From an uncultured Chloroflexia bacterium (GTDB taxonomy: Bacteria > Chloroflexota > Limnocylindria > Limnocylindrales > CSP1-4), in contig CAVQJC010000005.1 in assembly GCA_963712745.1 (NCBI GenBank), positions 32,001 to 96,000 of the forward strand: a stretch of 64,000 nt of DNA, in the 5' to 3' direction. Positions 52,111-61,273 of this stretch are shown one piece after another (within the stretch, counting starts at the first letter, position 1; each line of letters begins with the position of its first letter). The translations under genes were made by a program, and so were the position numbers. The notes below the pieces were generated by a model. The model was given only the letters and a program-made list of their open reading frames with translations, was not told where the DNA came from and did no database searches.

Positions 52111-52479
52111 ATGGATGAGACGAGGATCGTGCTCGCAGGGCTGTGGGTGGCCCTGATGCTGACGTACCTCCTGGGCGACGTGCTCCGGATATTCGCGGGC
52201 GACGTCGAGCCCGGCAAGCTAGCCGGCGGCGTCCAGGGAAGGCCAGTCATGTGGCTGGGTATCGCGGTCATCATGCTGATCCCGATCGTCATGATCGTGT
52301 TGACCCTGACAGTCGACTATCCCGTGATCCAATGGCTGAACATCGTTGCCGCTGCTGGCCTGGTGGTGTTCAACCTCGTCGGCCTGCCCTACAAGGGCGC
52401 CTACGACAACTTCCTGATCATCGTCAGCCTCGTCTTCAATGCACTGACGATCTGGTACGCATGGAACTGGGTCGCCTAG
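52111..52479 (+). CDS. Small membrane protein (DUF6326-like) (module 4)
   Basis: LWVALMLTYLLGDVL, four hydrophobic segments; RBS GGAGGAG. Confidence 0.75.
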   Translation: MDETRIVLAGLWVALMLTYLLGDVLRIFAGDVEPGKLAGGVQGRPVMWLGIAVIMLIPIVMIVLTLTVDYPVIQWLNIVAAAGLVVFNLVGLPYKGAYDNFLIIVSLVFNALTIWYAWNWVA

Positions 52480-52532
52480 AGCCCTGCGTGTGAGGGCGAG
52501 CTCGAGGTGTGGCATGGGGTGCACAACCGAGC

Positions 52533-52746
52533 CACGCTCCCGAACCGCACAATCATCGACGCCTACACCGCTCCGCGCGCCACGCTCAAGACCCCGAAGC
52601 CTTCGCCGCTCGAGCCCGAAAGGCTCCCAAAGCATGTGCGCTGCCGCTGCGCTACACCCCGACGAGGATCGTGCGTGGATAGGGTACGCAGCGCGGCGCT
52701 CAGGCGGTATCCGAGGGTCTACAGCGCTCGAATCGTGCGATGATCG
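52533..52746 (-). repeat. Array repeat R4 (tRNA-Pro 5' half at 52623-52661)
   Basis: Same architecture as R1. Confidence 0.93.
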
Positions 52747-52849
52747 TGGCTTCGCCCGAGACCCCGCCTGGGCCCCGAAGGTTGAGCGGTACTTCGACGC
52801 TCACTCGCACATTCAATCTGTTGCCCAGTCGCGACCGCTTTCCCGAGTG

Positions 52850-53146
52850 CTATCTGCTACGGAGCCAGCGCTCCAGATCGGCTCGGTCGACGATGCCGAG
52901 TACCAGGACCACGTGGTCGGCGTCGATGACGTCGTACATCACGCGGTAGTCGCCGATGCGCAACCGGTGGAAGGTGTCGTCGGCACCATGGATGGTCTTC
53001 ACGGACTTGCCTGCGACGCGTCCGGGGCGAGCAACGTTATGCGCGAGTCGCTCAAGTGCTCGGCGGATGCGATCACGATCAGCGTCACCGAGCTTCTTGA
53101 ACTGACGGGCCGCCGACCGCGAGAGCCGGACCTCGTAGGCGGTCAG
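52850..53146 (-). CDS. RelE/ParE family type II toxin (CTG start; absent from ORF track) (module 5)
   Basis: Manual translation (L)TAYEVRLSRSAARQFKKL...FHRLRIGDYRVMYDVIDADHVVLVLGIVDRADLERWLRSR; CTG overlaps antitoxin TGA, GGAGG 7 nt upstream. Confidence 0.88.
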   Translation of the reverse strand: MTAYEVRLSRSAARQFKKLGDADRDRIRRALERLAHNVARPGRVAGKSVKTIHGADDTFHRLRIGDYRVMYDVIDADHVVLVLGIVDRADLERWLRSR

Positions 53147-53379
53147 TCCAGATCCTCCAGCCTGACCGTCCGCCGCTTGGCGTGGTCGGCGCGGGCGAGT
53201 CGACGCTGGCGGACGAACTCGTCGGCATTGGCAAGGACGAGGTCCTCGGCCTCCTCGACCGGCAACAGGACCGCGGCAGGGCGGCCGCGCCGCGTGACGA
53301 CGTAGGCGGAGCCGCTCTCGACCTCGTCGATGACCGATGAGGCGGTCGCCTTCAGTTCCTTGATCCCGATCTCCGCCAT
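53143..53379 (-). CDS. Phd/YefM family antitoxin (module 5)
   Basis: MAEIGIKELKATASSVIDEV...YVVTRRGRPAAVLLP. Confidence 0.9.
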   Translation of the reverse strand: MAEIGIKELKATASSVIDEVESGSAYVVTRRGRPAAVLLPVEEAEDLVLANADEFVRQRRLARADHAKRRTVRLEDLD

Positions 53380-53484
53380 GTCGTACCTCCTGCCCAAGTG
53401 GTCACCGAGGTGGTCACCTTAGCACAGGGGACGAGCGTGCCCAGGACCTTCGCAATTCGTGGAGGCAGGTCCCTGGGCTCGAGC

Positions 53485-53685
53485 CACGCTCCCGAACCGC
53501 ACGATGATCGAGGCCTTCACCGCTCGGCCCGTCACGCTCGGGGCACCGGAGCCTTCACCGCTCGAGCTTGGAAGGCTCCCAAAGCATGTGCGCTGCCGCT
53601 GCACTACACCCCGACGAGGTCCGTACGTAGATAGGGTACACAGCGCGCGTCCGAAGCGACCGCGAAGGGCCTACGGCGCTCGAAC
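53485..53685 (-). repeat. Array repeat R5 (tRNA-Pro 5' half at 53575-53613)
   Basis: Same architecture as R1. Confidence 0.93.
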
Positions 53686-53717
53686 TCAGCTGTGGCTGGA
53701 GCCTCCGGTGGAGGGCG

Positions 53718-54896
53718 CTACTCCGACGACAGCATCTCGGCGAACGGGGCGAACACCGGGTCGATCGCCCCCAGCGCCTTCGCGACCACCCCGAGGTCCG
53801 AGCAGGTGGTCGTGAAGACGACCGCGCTCAGGCCGCTATCGGGGTCTTGACCGACCAAGCCCTCCCAGCCGATGGCTTCTCCTTCGTGACCGACCAGGTC
53901 GCCGAGCTTCATGATGCCGAGGCCGTACTGCAGATCGAGCCCGCCTGTCTCCGAACGGAGCCGCGCGTTCACGGCTTCCTCAGACAGGAGCGCGTTGCCG
54001 CTCATGGATGCCGCCCAGATACCGAGGTCTCCGATCGTGGAATGCATCCCGCCGCCAGCCTGGCCGTAGCTGGCATTCCAGTCGGTCAGGTCCGTGCCCG
54101 GTGGCACCGGATCCGCGCCGTCGCCCAGGAGCTCGCCGACGCAGGGTTGGCTCATATAGCCGTGGGCGACCGGCTCGGGCAGCGCGGTGTCCTCGTTGGG
54201 CGGCAGGGCGGTATCGGCCATGCCCAGCGGCTCGGTGACGCGCTCGCGGATGAGTTCCTGGATGGTCTGGCCGGTGAGTGTCTCGGCGATCTCCTGGAGG
54301 GCGATGTAGTTGGTCGTGCTGTAGCCGCTGGTACCCGGCGGTTCGACCTCGCCGTCGGCACCGAAACCGATGAGCTGATCGGACGACCACGCGGTGTCCG
54401 GAGCCTGGACGTGGGCAGCGACGGCCGCATCAGGCACGTTCATGTAGTCGGGAATGCCGCTGGTCATACCCAGCAGCTGCTCGATGGTGATGCCCGCCAG
54501 GTTGGGGTGTCGCTCGGCAAGGTCGGGGTCGACATCGGCCACGGTGTCAGCAAGTGCGAGCTTGCCCTCATCGATGAGCTGGAGCATGACCGTGGCCATG
54601 AACGTCTTGCTGACGCTGCCGATGCGGAAGTGGTCGTCGATCGACGCAGGACGTCCCGCGGCGACGTCGGCGAGGCCATACGCCTGCTGGTACACGCCGC
54701 GTTCAGGGTCCCAGACGCCGATGTAGATGGCCGGCACCTCAGGGTGCTGTTCCATGACGGCGGCGATGTCGGTATCGATGGCAGCGGTGTCCTCGGCGGA
54801 CATGGGCTCGCTCGGCAGCTCGACGTCCGCAGCAGCGACCGGAGCGGCCAGGGTCAGGGCGAGGAAGGTGGTCGTGAGCAGCGTGACTCGGGACAA
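53718..54896 (-). CDS. Secreted serine hydrolase, beta-lactamase / D-Ala-D-Ala peptidase family (module 6)
   Basis: Signal peptide, FRIGSVSK (SxxK), LLGMTSG, YSTTNY, GHEG; TTG start after AAGGAG. Confidence 0.9.
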   Translation of the reverse strand: MSRVTLLTTTFLALTLAAPVAAADVELPSEPMSAEDTAAIDTDIAAVMEQHPEVPAIYIGVWDPERGVYQQAYGLADVAAGRPASIDDHFRIGSVSKTFMATVMLQLIDEGKLALADTVADVDPDLAERHPNLAGITIEQLLGMTSGIPDYMNVPDAAVAAHVQAPDTAWSSDQLIGFGADGEVEPPGTSGYSTTNYIALQEIAETLTGQTIQELIRERVTEPLGMADTALPPNEDTALPEPVAHGYMSQPCVGELLGDGADPVPPGTDLTDWNASYGQAGGGMHSTIGDLGIWAASMSGNALLSEEAVNARLRSETGGLDLQYGLGIMKLGDLVGHEGEAIGWEGLVGQDPDSGLSAVVFTTTCSDLGVVAKALGAIDPVFAPFAEMLSSE

Positions 54897-54995
54897 CTGG
54901 GTCTCCTTGGGAAGGGCGAATTGCGAGCCGATGATGCCAGACCCCATCCGATGCGGCCATCGATCACGCGACCGCCCTGATGGTCAACGACGTGT

Positions 54996-55155
54996 CGCGC
55001 TCCCGAACCGCACGATGATCGAGGCCTTGGCCGCAAACCCCTCGCAAGCTCCCAAAGCTGTGCGCTAGCGCTGCGCTACACCCCGACGTGGTTCGTGCGT
55101 GACTGGGGTACACGGGAGGGCTCGATGGCGATACCAAGGGGCCTCACAGCGCGCG
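54996..55155 (-). repeat. Array repeat R6, internally deleted (tRNA-Pro 5' half at 55048-55085)
   Basis: Left arm lacks the roughly 40 bp between the two GCCTTCRCCGC direct repeats; 1-nt deletion in the anticodon stem. Confidence 0.9.
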
Positions 55156-55202
55156 GGAAAACAGGCCTGCCCCCGGCGGTGCGTCGAGCTGAGCTCCTGG
55201 TA

Positions 55203-56072
55203 CTACGTGGGGAGATCTGAGCGTCGCAGCCGCTCGACGGTGACTGGTGACGGCGCGGCTTCGGGTCGCAGCTCCGTCGGCAGTTCCTGTCCGGTCAGCC
55301 AGGCCTCGACCATGCGGACGTGCAGGTCGGGTGCCGTGAGCTGCCAGCAATGCCCCAGACCGGGCGCGTACCACGCCTCGGCGTCCTGCATGACGGCCGC
55401 CAGTGCCGCATTGGAGGCTCGGACGCCGAGTCCGTCGAGGTCATCGGTCTCCGCCTCCCCGGCGACGAGGAGCGTCGGGCACGAGGCGCCGGTCGCGGCA
55501 TAGGACCGGAAGGCGTCGGCGACTGTGCCCAGGTACGCCCGGCGCGACGCGGCGCGCACATCCTCCTCGCCCAGGAGTTCACCGAGCCTCCTGACCACTG
55601 GCCGGGTGTGAAGGAACGGCGTCACCATGACGGTGGCCAGGAGCGTCAGGGCACGCGCGCCCCTCGGGACGATGACTGGGACGCCATCGGTGATCGCCCG
55701 CTGGACGCGGTCGGGGTGGCGGTCCAGCAGGGCATGGATGACCACGCCACCCGAGCAGAGACCGACCACGCTCGCGCGACCCGAAGGGACGTGCGACCCG
55801 ATGAGCGCGGCCACGATGTCCGCCGTCTTCCGCAGCGACGCTGCGGGCAGGTGATTGCTGCGCCCGAACCCAGGCAGATCCGGGGCCAGGCAGTAGAAGT
55901 CGGTGAGGCCCGTCATGTGCGTTCGCCAGAACCGGGCACTCTGGCCGGCCCCGTGGAGGAAGACGACAGCTGGGGACTTCGGGTCGCCAGACGCCTCCAC
56001 GTACATGCCATGGGGCCCGGGCTCCGCCTTGCGGACCGTGGCGGAGTGGTCGAGCACCTCGGGCGCGTTCAT
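55203..56072 (-). CDS. Alpha/beta hydrolase, paralog of 42780-43628 (module 7)
   Basis: GMYVEASG, FLHGAGQS, PDLPGFGRSNHL, WYAPGLGHCWQ. Confidence 0.88.
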   Translation of the reverse strand: MNAPEVLDHSATVRKAEPGPHGMYVEASGDPKSPAVVFLHGAGQSARFWRTHMTGLTDFYCLAPDLPGFGRSNHLPAASLRKTADIVAALIGSHVPSGRASVVGLCSGGVVIHALLDRHPDRVQRAITDGVPVIVPRGARALTLLATVMVTPFLHTRPVVRRLGELLGEEDVRAASRRAYLGTVADAFRSYAATGASCPTLLVAGEAETDDLDGLGVRASNAALAAVMQDAEAWYAPGLGHCWQLTAPDLHVRMVEAWLTGQELPTELRPEAAPSPVTVERLRRSDLPT

Positions 56073-56764
56073 GCCACGGACGCCTTGACGGGCATCTGTC
56101 GCTCTGGGGCGCTGGCCACCGCGGTGGATGCCGGTTTGACAGCCCGGACGAGCTGGGACTTGGAGGGCACCGGCAGGACCGTGACGCTGATGTCGGTGAA
56201 GCCTGCCTCCTCGACAAGCCTGGCCGCGTCGACGTCGCTCCAGAACCAGACGCCCCAAGCGTCGCGCGTACCCGACTTGTCGGTCCGCCCCAAGAGGGCC
56301 TTCGTGTTGTCGCCCATGGTGAAGACGGCGCGTCCACCGGGTCGCAGGACGCGGTGCATCTCAGCCAGCGCCCCTCCCGGGTCGGACGTGAACTTCATGG
56401 CGTCGAGGGAGGTGACGACGCCGAAGCGGGAGTCCTCCCAGGGCAGGTCCGCAGCATCGCCGAGGACGATCTCGGCCGTCCCCGCGGCGATGCGTTCGGC
56501 CAGACGCTTTCGGGCCATCTCGATCTGGAGCTCCGAGGCATCGATGCCGGCCACGTAGCGGACGTGAGCGGCGTGCTCGGCGAAGAGCACCGCCGATCCG
56601 CAGCCGACGTCGAGCAACTCGTCGTCGGCCTGGAGGTCGAGCTCGGCGGCCATGGCGCGATGGTACTTGCCCTTCATCGACGCCAGCAGCCGGGCACCGA
56701 TCCAGCCGAGCGGACCGTGGGGCACTCCCAGCAACGCGTAGTCGAACGATCTGCGCAGACCCAT
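56069..56764 (-). CDS. Class I SAM-dependent methyltransferase, paralog of 44134-44778 (module 7)
   Basis: MGLRRS, LLDVGCGS, GDAADLPW, EMHRVLRPGG. Confidence 0.92.
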   Translation of the reverse strand: MGLRRSFDYALLGVPHGPLGWIGARLLASMKGKYHRAMAAELDLQADDELLDVGCGSAVLFAEHAAHVRYVAGIDASELQIEMARKRLAERIAAGTAEIVLGDAADLPWEDSRFGVVTSLDAMKFTSDPGGALAEMHRVLRPGGRAVFTMGDNTKALLGRTDKSGTRDAWGVWFWSDVDAARLVEEAGFTDISVTVLPVPSKSQLVRAVKPASTAVASAPERQMPVKASVA

Positions 56765-56782
56765 CGCACGTCCCCCTTGCGC

Positions 56783-56883
56783 GGGCCGGGTTCGCCAGTG
56801 GCTCAGCGCGGTCCTCAGCGGCCATGGTCACGGACCGTGCGTCGGAGCCTCCCGCTACCCACCATTCTCGCGCGGCCGCCAAG
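56783..56883 (-). repeat. Leader motif B, copy 3
   Basis: GGGTTCGCCAGTGGCTC...CAGCGGCCATG...GCCTCCCGCTA...ATTCTCGCGCGGCCGCCAAG. Confidence 0.8.
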
Positions 56884-56947
56884 ACCATGGTGCGGTCGGA
56901 ACCTATCAGCCGGGCGGCAACGAGTGAGCATCATGCAGGCTGCCACG

Positions 56948-57165
56948 GATCACGCTCGCGAACCGCACGATGATCGAGGCTTTCGCCGCTTCCCCGGCCA
57001 CGCTCACGCCCCCGGAGCCTTCGCCGCTCGAGCCTAGAAGGCTCCCAAAGTATGTGCGCAACCGCTGCGCTACACCCCGACGAGGTTCGTGCCTGACTAG
57101 GGTACACAGCGGAGCTCGACAGCGACATCTGAAGGCCTGCAGCGCTCGAACCACACGATGATCGA
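56948..57165 (-). repeat. Array repeat R7 (tRNA-Pro 5' half at 57041-57079)
   Basis: Same architecture; GAACC(G/A)CACGATGATCGA at both ends. Confidence 0.95.
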
Positions 57166-57176
57166 CGGCGGGCGGT

Positions 57177-57704
57177 CTACTCGGGCGCGGACCTCCTGGT
57201 GAGACGACGGAGCAACGTCATCAGATCGGTGCGTGCGTTGAAGCTCGCCTCGGGCAATCGGTCGGGGGTGCTTCCCTCCCGTGGGACGAGTCCGATTCTG
57301 CCGCGCGAACGCAAGCCCATCGAGACAGATGGTGTTGTGCACGAGTCGACGGTCCTAGAAGGACATGACGTCACTGCCGCGGAACTCGACTCGTCGGCCG
57401 GTGGGGTGTCTGCCCTGGAAGGACCCGCCCGAGAACGTCCCCGTTCCCTGCCACTCGACCACAGCCATGTCGCCCTCAGCAACGACGCCGAGGACCTCGC
57501 TCCTGAAGTCCGGGAACGCCGCGGACCACTCGGTGAAGAACGCTTGGACGGCCTCGCGGCCATTCCAGGACGCCGACCGGCACGGAGTTCGTCCACGAGG
57601 TCCGGAGCGTAGTTGGCCTTCATGGCCTCGAGGTCGTGACGCGAGACCGCATCCATGAGCGCCCGAGTTCGTTCTGCGATAGATGTGCTGGCGTCGATAG
57701 ACAT
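57177..57704 (-). pseudogene. SnoaL-like ester cyclase, disrupted (module 8)
   Basis: N-terminus MSIDAS...YAPDLVDE, frameshift to AVQAFFTEWSAAFPDF...VVEWQGTGTFSG...PTGRRVEFRG, internal TAG near 57355, second frameshift. Confidence 0.75.
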
Positions 57705-57753
57705 CAAGGACAACCCTCGGCTGGACGGCTCATCTGGACAACGAGCAACGGGT

Positions 57754-58194
57754 TCAGCTCCCAGCTTCGGCTTCCTTCGGCGCGATGATCTTCGCCAGCA
57801 GCGGCTGGTCGATGATGTAGTCCTTCGCTGAGCGTGCCTTGCCACCCTCGACCACGAACGCCGTCACACCGGTGAGCTGGGAGCAATGGCCATCGTGATC
57901 ACCCTCTTCGAGGTCCCACTCCACGTGCACGACGTTGGAGTTCGAGACCGCCCAGACGTTCTCGACCGAGACGTGTCGAACGGTGAAGCGCGTCACCGGC
58001 ATCGTCTCGAACCAGTTCGCGAACCACTCACGGTTGGCCTCGCGTCCCTCGAAGCGGCCGCTCCTGACGGTCTCGCCCGGGAACTCGAAGACAGCATCCT
58101 CGTGGAACAGCTCGGCCACCGCGTCAGGGTCCCGTCCGTTGACCGTCGCGTAGCCCTGTCGCACCGCTCGCTGCATCAAGACCGCACCGATCAT
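57754..58194 (-). CDS. NTF2/SnoaL-like protein (module 8)
   Basis: FHEDAVFEFPG..SGRFEGRE..WFANWF, VHVEW; RBS AGGAGG. Confidence 0.85.
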   Translation of the reverse strand: MIGAVLMQRAVRQGYATVNGRDPDAVAELFHEDAVFEFPGETVRSGRFEGREANREWFANWFETMPVTRFTVRHVSVENVWAVSNSNVVHVEWDLEEGDHDGHCSQLTGVTAFVVEGGKARSAKDYIIDQPLLAKIIAPKEAEAGS

Positions 58195-58210
58195 GTCGTC
58201 CCTCCTTTGG

Positions 58211-59575
58211 CTAGGCTCGTACCCCGTAGCCGACCTGCAAATCGTCGCTCGGCGAGTGGACCTCGACCGCATCGAAGCCGGCATCGTGCAGTAGCTGCGC
58301 AAGCTCCTCGTCGCTGTAGAGCGTGGCCTTGTGCAGGAACCAGCCCACGGCACGAGTGCCGACGTCCTCGCGCTTCGGCTTGGGCATGGTCACGACCACG
58401 AAGCGACCGCCGGGCTTCAGGACCCTGACGGCCTCGTGCAGGACCCTTGGCGGGTCGGCGGCGAGGAAGAGTGCCGCCAGATTGGACTCCGCGTCGAAGG
58501 TGGCGTCGTCCCAGGGCAGCGCGGTGGCGTCACCGAGGCGCACCTCGAGGCGGCCCTCGGCCACTGCCCGAGCGTTGTTCTCCCGTGTCAACTCGACCAT
58601 ATCCGGGCTGTGGTCGATGCCGGCAGCCTGGTCGACCGTCTCGAGTGCCTGCGACAGGAACGTCCCGCCACCGCAGCCGACGTCAAGCAGATGGTCCGTT
58701 GGCGCCAGAGCGAGCTTCTCGTGGCAGGCGCGCCAGCCCTCGCCGTGCATCGAGGTCGCGTCTCGGTAGAGCATCCGGCCGATGGGTCCGCTGGGCCGCG
58801 AGATCGCCATATCCGTCAGCCGATCGACGATGTCACGACCTCGCAGCATGAGCAGCGCCGCACCGGCCACAGCCGCGCCAGCGAGCGCGAGGAGGAATCG
58901 ACGCCTAGCCACCAAGCCCATGAGTCCGACGATGGCTGCGACCGGCCAGACCCATATCAGATCGAGCGGGAGTGGCGCCGGCCCGGGCTCGTCGACCGGG
59001 TCGAGACGGACGACGTGGATGCGCTCGATGTCCCGGGCGAATCCCTCGGGGCTGTCCTCGACCCCCAGGTCAGCGAGGTACTCGTGGAACCGGCGACGGA
59101 CGCCGTGTTCGAGTATCGCGTACTGTGCGACCGCCTCGTCATGGTCGGTGGGATGGGCCGCGCGGGCCGTCCAGGTGCCGTGGGCATCCTGGATGGTGAC
59201 GATGGGGTCGGCCACCAGGTTGCGATACCAGTGGGCCCGGTCTCCATAGGGGTTCCATAGGTACCTGCGGCCCTCGATCTGGGCCCCGCCAATGACGATC
59301 CGTCGGGGCAGCCCGCTCGCTCGACCCGTGGTGGTGAGGACGACGTCACCCTCGATCCGGCCCAGCCCGAGCCTCCACAGGAGCATCGGAGCCCGGTGCG
59401 CGAGGCGGACCAGGAGTGTGTCCGGGTAGGCGGCGAGTCGGTCTTCGATGCGATCGTAGAGCTGGTGCAGCCGCGAGCCCATACGGTCGGCTGGCGTCAC
59501 GCCGGGCAGTCCAGCCGTGCCGGTGTCGGCATCCTGCTCCAGCCGTGATGCACTGGTCGGGGCGGTGGCGACCAT
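58211..59575 (-). CDS. Fusion: deazaflavin-dependent nitroreductase domain + TM segment + SAM methyltransferase (module 8)
   Basis: LTTTGRASGLPR, WYRNLVADP; hydrophobic linker; LLDVGCGGG, GDATALPW, RVLKPGG. Confidence 0.85.
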   Translation of the reverse strand: MVATAPTSASRLEQDADTGTAGLPGVTPADRMGSRLHQLYDRIEDRLAAYPDTLLVRLAHRAPMLLWRLGLGRIEGDVVLTTTGRASGLPRRIVIGGAQIEGRRYLWNPYGDRAHWYRNLVADPIVTIQDAHGTWTARAAHPTDHDEAVAQYAILEHGVRRRFHEYLADLGVEDSPEGFARDIERIHVVRLDPVDEPGPAPLPLDLIWVWPVAAIVGLMGLVARRRFLLALAGAAVAGAALLMLRGRDIVDRLTDMAISRPSGPIGRMLYRDATSMHGEGWRACHEKLALAPTDHLLDVGCGGGTFLSQALETVDQAAGIDHSPDMVELTRENNARAVAEGRLEVRLGDATALPWDDATFDAESNLAALFLAADPPRVLHEAVRVLKPGGRFVVVTMPKPKREDVGTRAVGWFLHKATLYSDEELAQLLHDAGFDAVEVHSPSDDLQVGYGVRA

Positions 59576-59633
59576 CGGCTCCCCCTGCTCGAAGCGGGTC
59601 GCGAGCGCCCGCACCAGCCGGTGGCGTTCACCG

Positions 59634-59671
59634 TCCCCGCTGACCTTGATTCTCTCGCGGCCGACAAGCCG
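59634..59671 (-). repeat. Leader motif B, partial copy 4
   Basis: CCCCGCTGACCTTGATTCTCTCGCGGCCGACAAGCC. Confidence 0.55.
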
Positions 59672-59746
59672 GGTGCGCCTGGCTCAGCTGGGCGGGACCG
59701 TTGGGGTGCCGGGCAGTCCGCCGAAGCGACGAAGCGGCCGGCATTT

Positions 59747-59957
59747 CACGCTCGCGAACCGCACGATAATCGAGGCCTTCGCCGCTCCCCCGGCCACGCT
59801 CACGCCCCCGGAGCCTTCGCCGCTCGAGCCTGAAAGGCTCCCAAAGCATGTGCGCTACCGCTGCGCTACACCCCGACGAGGTTCGTGCCTAGAGAGGGTA
59901 CACAGCACGCCCCTATAGCGACACAAAGGGACCCACAGCGCTCGAACCGAACACGAT
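59747..59957 (-). repeat. Array repeat R8 (tRNA-Pro 5' half at 59837-59875)
   Basis: Same architecture as R1. Confidence 0.95.
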
Positions 59958-60081
59958 CTGGTCCACGAACGCTGGGTCGTCATCACTGAACGTTGGCCAC
60001 GCTCTCGTACCGCACAATGATGTGGGTAGCGGCGGCTCGGGGCACCGGGCAGGTCCGCAGAAGCAGCGAGGAGCCGATGCC

Positions 60082-61137
60082 ATGACATCGTCACCGCCAC
60101 CGCCACGGCCGATGCCTTCGAGCCTGACGCCCGTCGGCAAGCTCGGCTTCCGCGGACGCGCGGCCACACCCGAGGAGCGGGCCCGCATCTTCGACGCACT
60201 GTTCTTCGAGGGCGCGCAACGGATCCCCTACCTGCAGCAGTACTTCGTGCTCATGTTGCTCTCGGCCGCGATCGCCGCCTTCGGGATCGTCAACGACAGC
60301 GCCGCAGTGGTCATCGGGGCCATGCTCGTGGCACCGCTGATGACGCCCATCCTCGCGGTCGCTGCGGCGATCGTTCATGGCTGGGGCCGCCGGGCCCTCG
60401 AGTCGCTGCTCATCGTGGCTGCCGGTGCCCTCGCCGGGATCGGCGTCGGCATCGCGGTCGGATGGCTGGTCCCGAACGTGAACACGGGCCTGCCGTTGCC
60501 GGGTGAGCTCCTCGCGCGCACGAGCCCGAACCTCGTCGACCTGTTCATCGCGCTCGCCGCCGGTAGCGCGGCCGGCTTCGTGACGGTGCGGACCGAGGCT
60601 AGCGGTGCCTTGCCGGGCGTGGGCATCGCGGTAGCGCTGGTGCCACCGCTCGCGACCATCGGCATCACCATCGGCCTTGGAGACTGGGGACTCGCCTGGG
60701 GGGCGCTGTTGCTGTTCGCGACGAACCTCGTGGCCATCGTCCTCGCGGCTGGCGCGGTGCTCCTCGCGGCCGGGTTCGCGGCGTTCCGTGACCTCGAGGG
60801 CGCCCGTAGTGCCTCGCTCGCCACCAAGCTCGTCTGGATCGGCCTCCTCATCGTCGCCGTCCCGCTCGCGTTCCAGTCGTGGGCCCGCTACCAGGAGAGC
60901 GTGGCGCGCGGGCACATCGTCGAGGCCATCGAGACCTGGGCTGCCGACCTCAGAATCCGCGACGTGCACATCGACCGCTCGGCCGACCCGGTCCTCGTCG
61001 AGGTCACGGTCGTGGGACCCGAGGAACCGCCGCCGCCAGGCAGGCTGGCCGAACTCACGGCAGAGGATCTCGGACGACCGGTGCGGCTGGAGGTGACCTG
61101 GGCACCGATGACGGCGGTCGAAGCCCCGGCTCCCTAG
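60082..61137 (+). CDS. DUF389-like membrane protein (module 9)
   Basis: DSAAVVIGAMLVAPLMTPI, ELLARTSPNLVDL, LPGVGIAVALVPP, LLFATN. Confidence 0.88.
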   Translation: MTSSPPPPRPMPSSLTPVGKLGFRGRAATPEERARIFDALFFEGAQRIPYLQQYFVLMLLSAAIAAFGIVNDSAAVVIGAMLVAPLMTPILAVAAAIVHGWGRRALESLLIVAAGALAGIGVGIAVGWLVPNVNTGLPLPGELLARTSPNLVDLFIALAAGSAAGFVTVRTEASGALPGVGIAVALVPPLATIGITIGLGDWGLAWGALLLFATNLVAIVLAAGAVLLAAGFAAFRDLEGARSASLATKLVWIGLLIVAVPLAFQSWARYQESVARGHIVEAIETWAADLRIRDVHIDRSADPVLVEVTVVGPEEPPPPGRLAELTAEDLGRPVRLEVTWAPMTAVEAPAP

Positions 61138-61273
61138 GCTGGGCCCGACGGTGCGCACGGGCGATAGCCAACGGCGCCGCACGAACGCGTCTATCGATCG
61201 AGAACGTGTGCGCCCGTCTGGGTTCGCGATCCGGACCGCTGGCGACAACCGGGGCCTCTGCTCGAGGCGTGAC

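Noticed and set aside
53718-54896. Antibiotic-resistance beta-lactamase
   Set aside because: SxxK family membership only; motifs fit generic serine hydrolases/peptidases and resistance cannot be inferred
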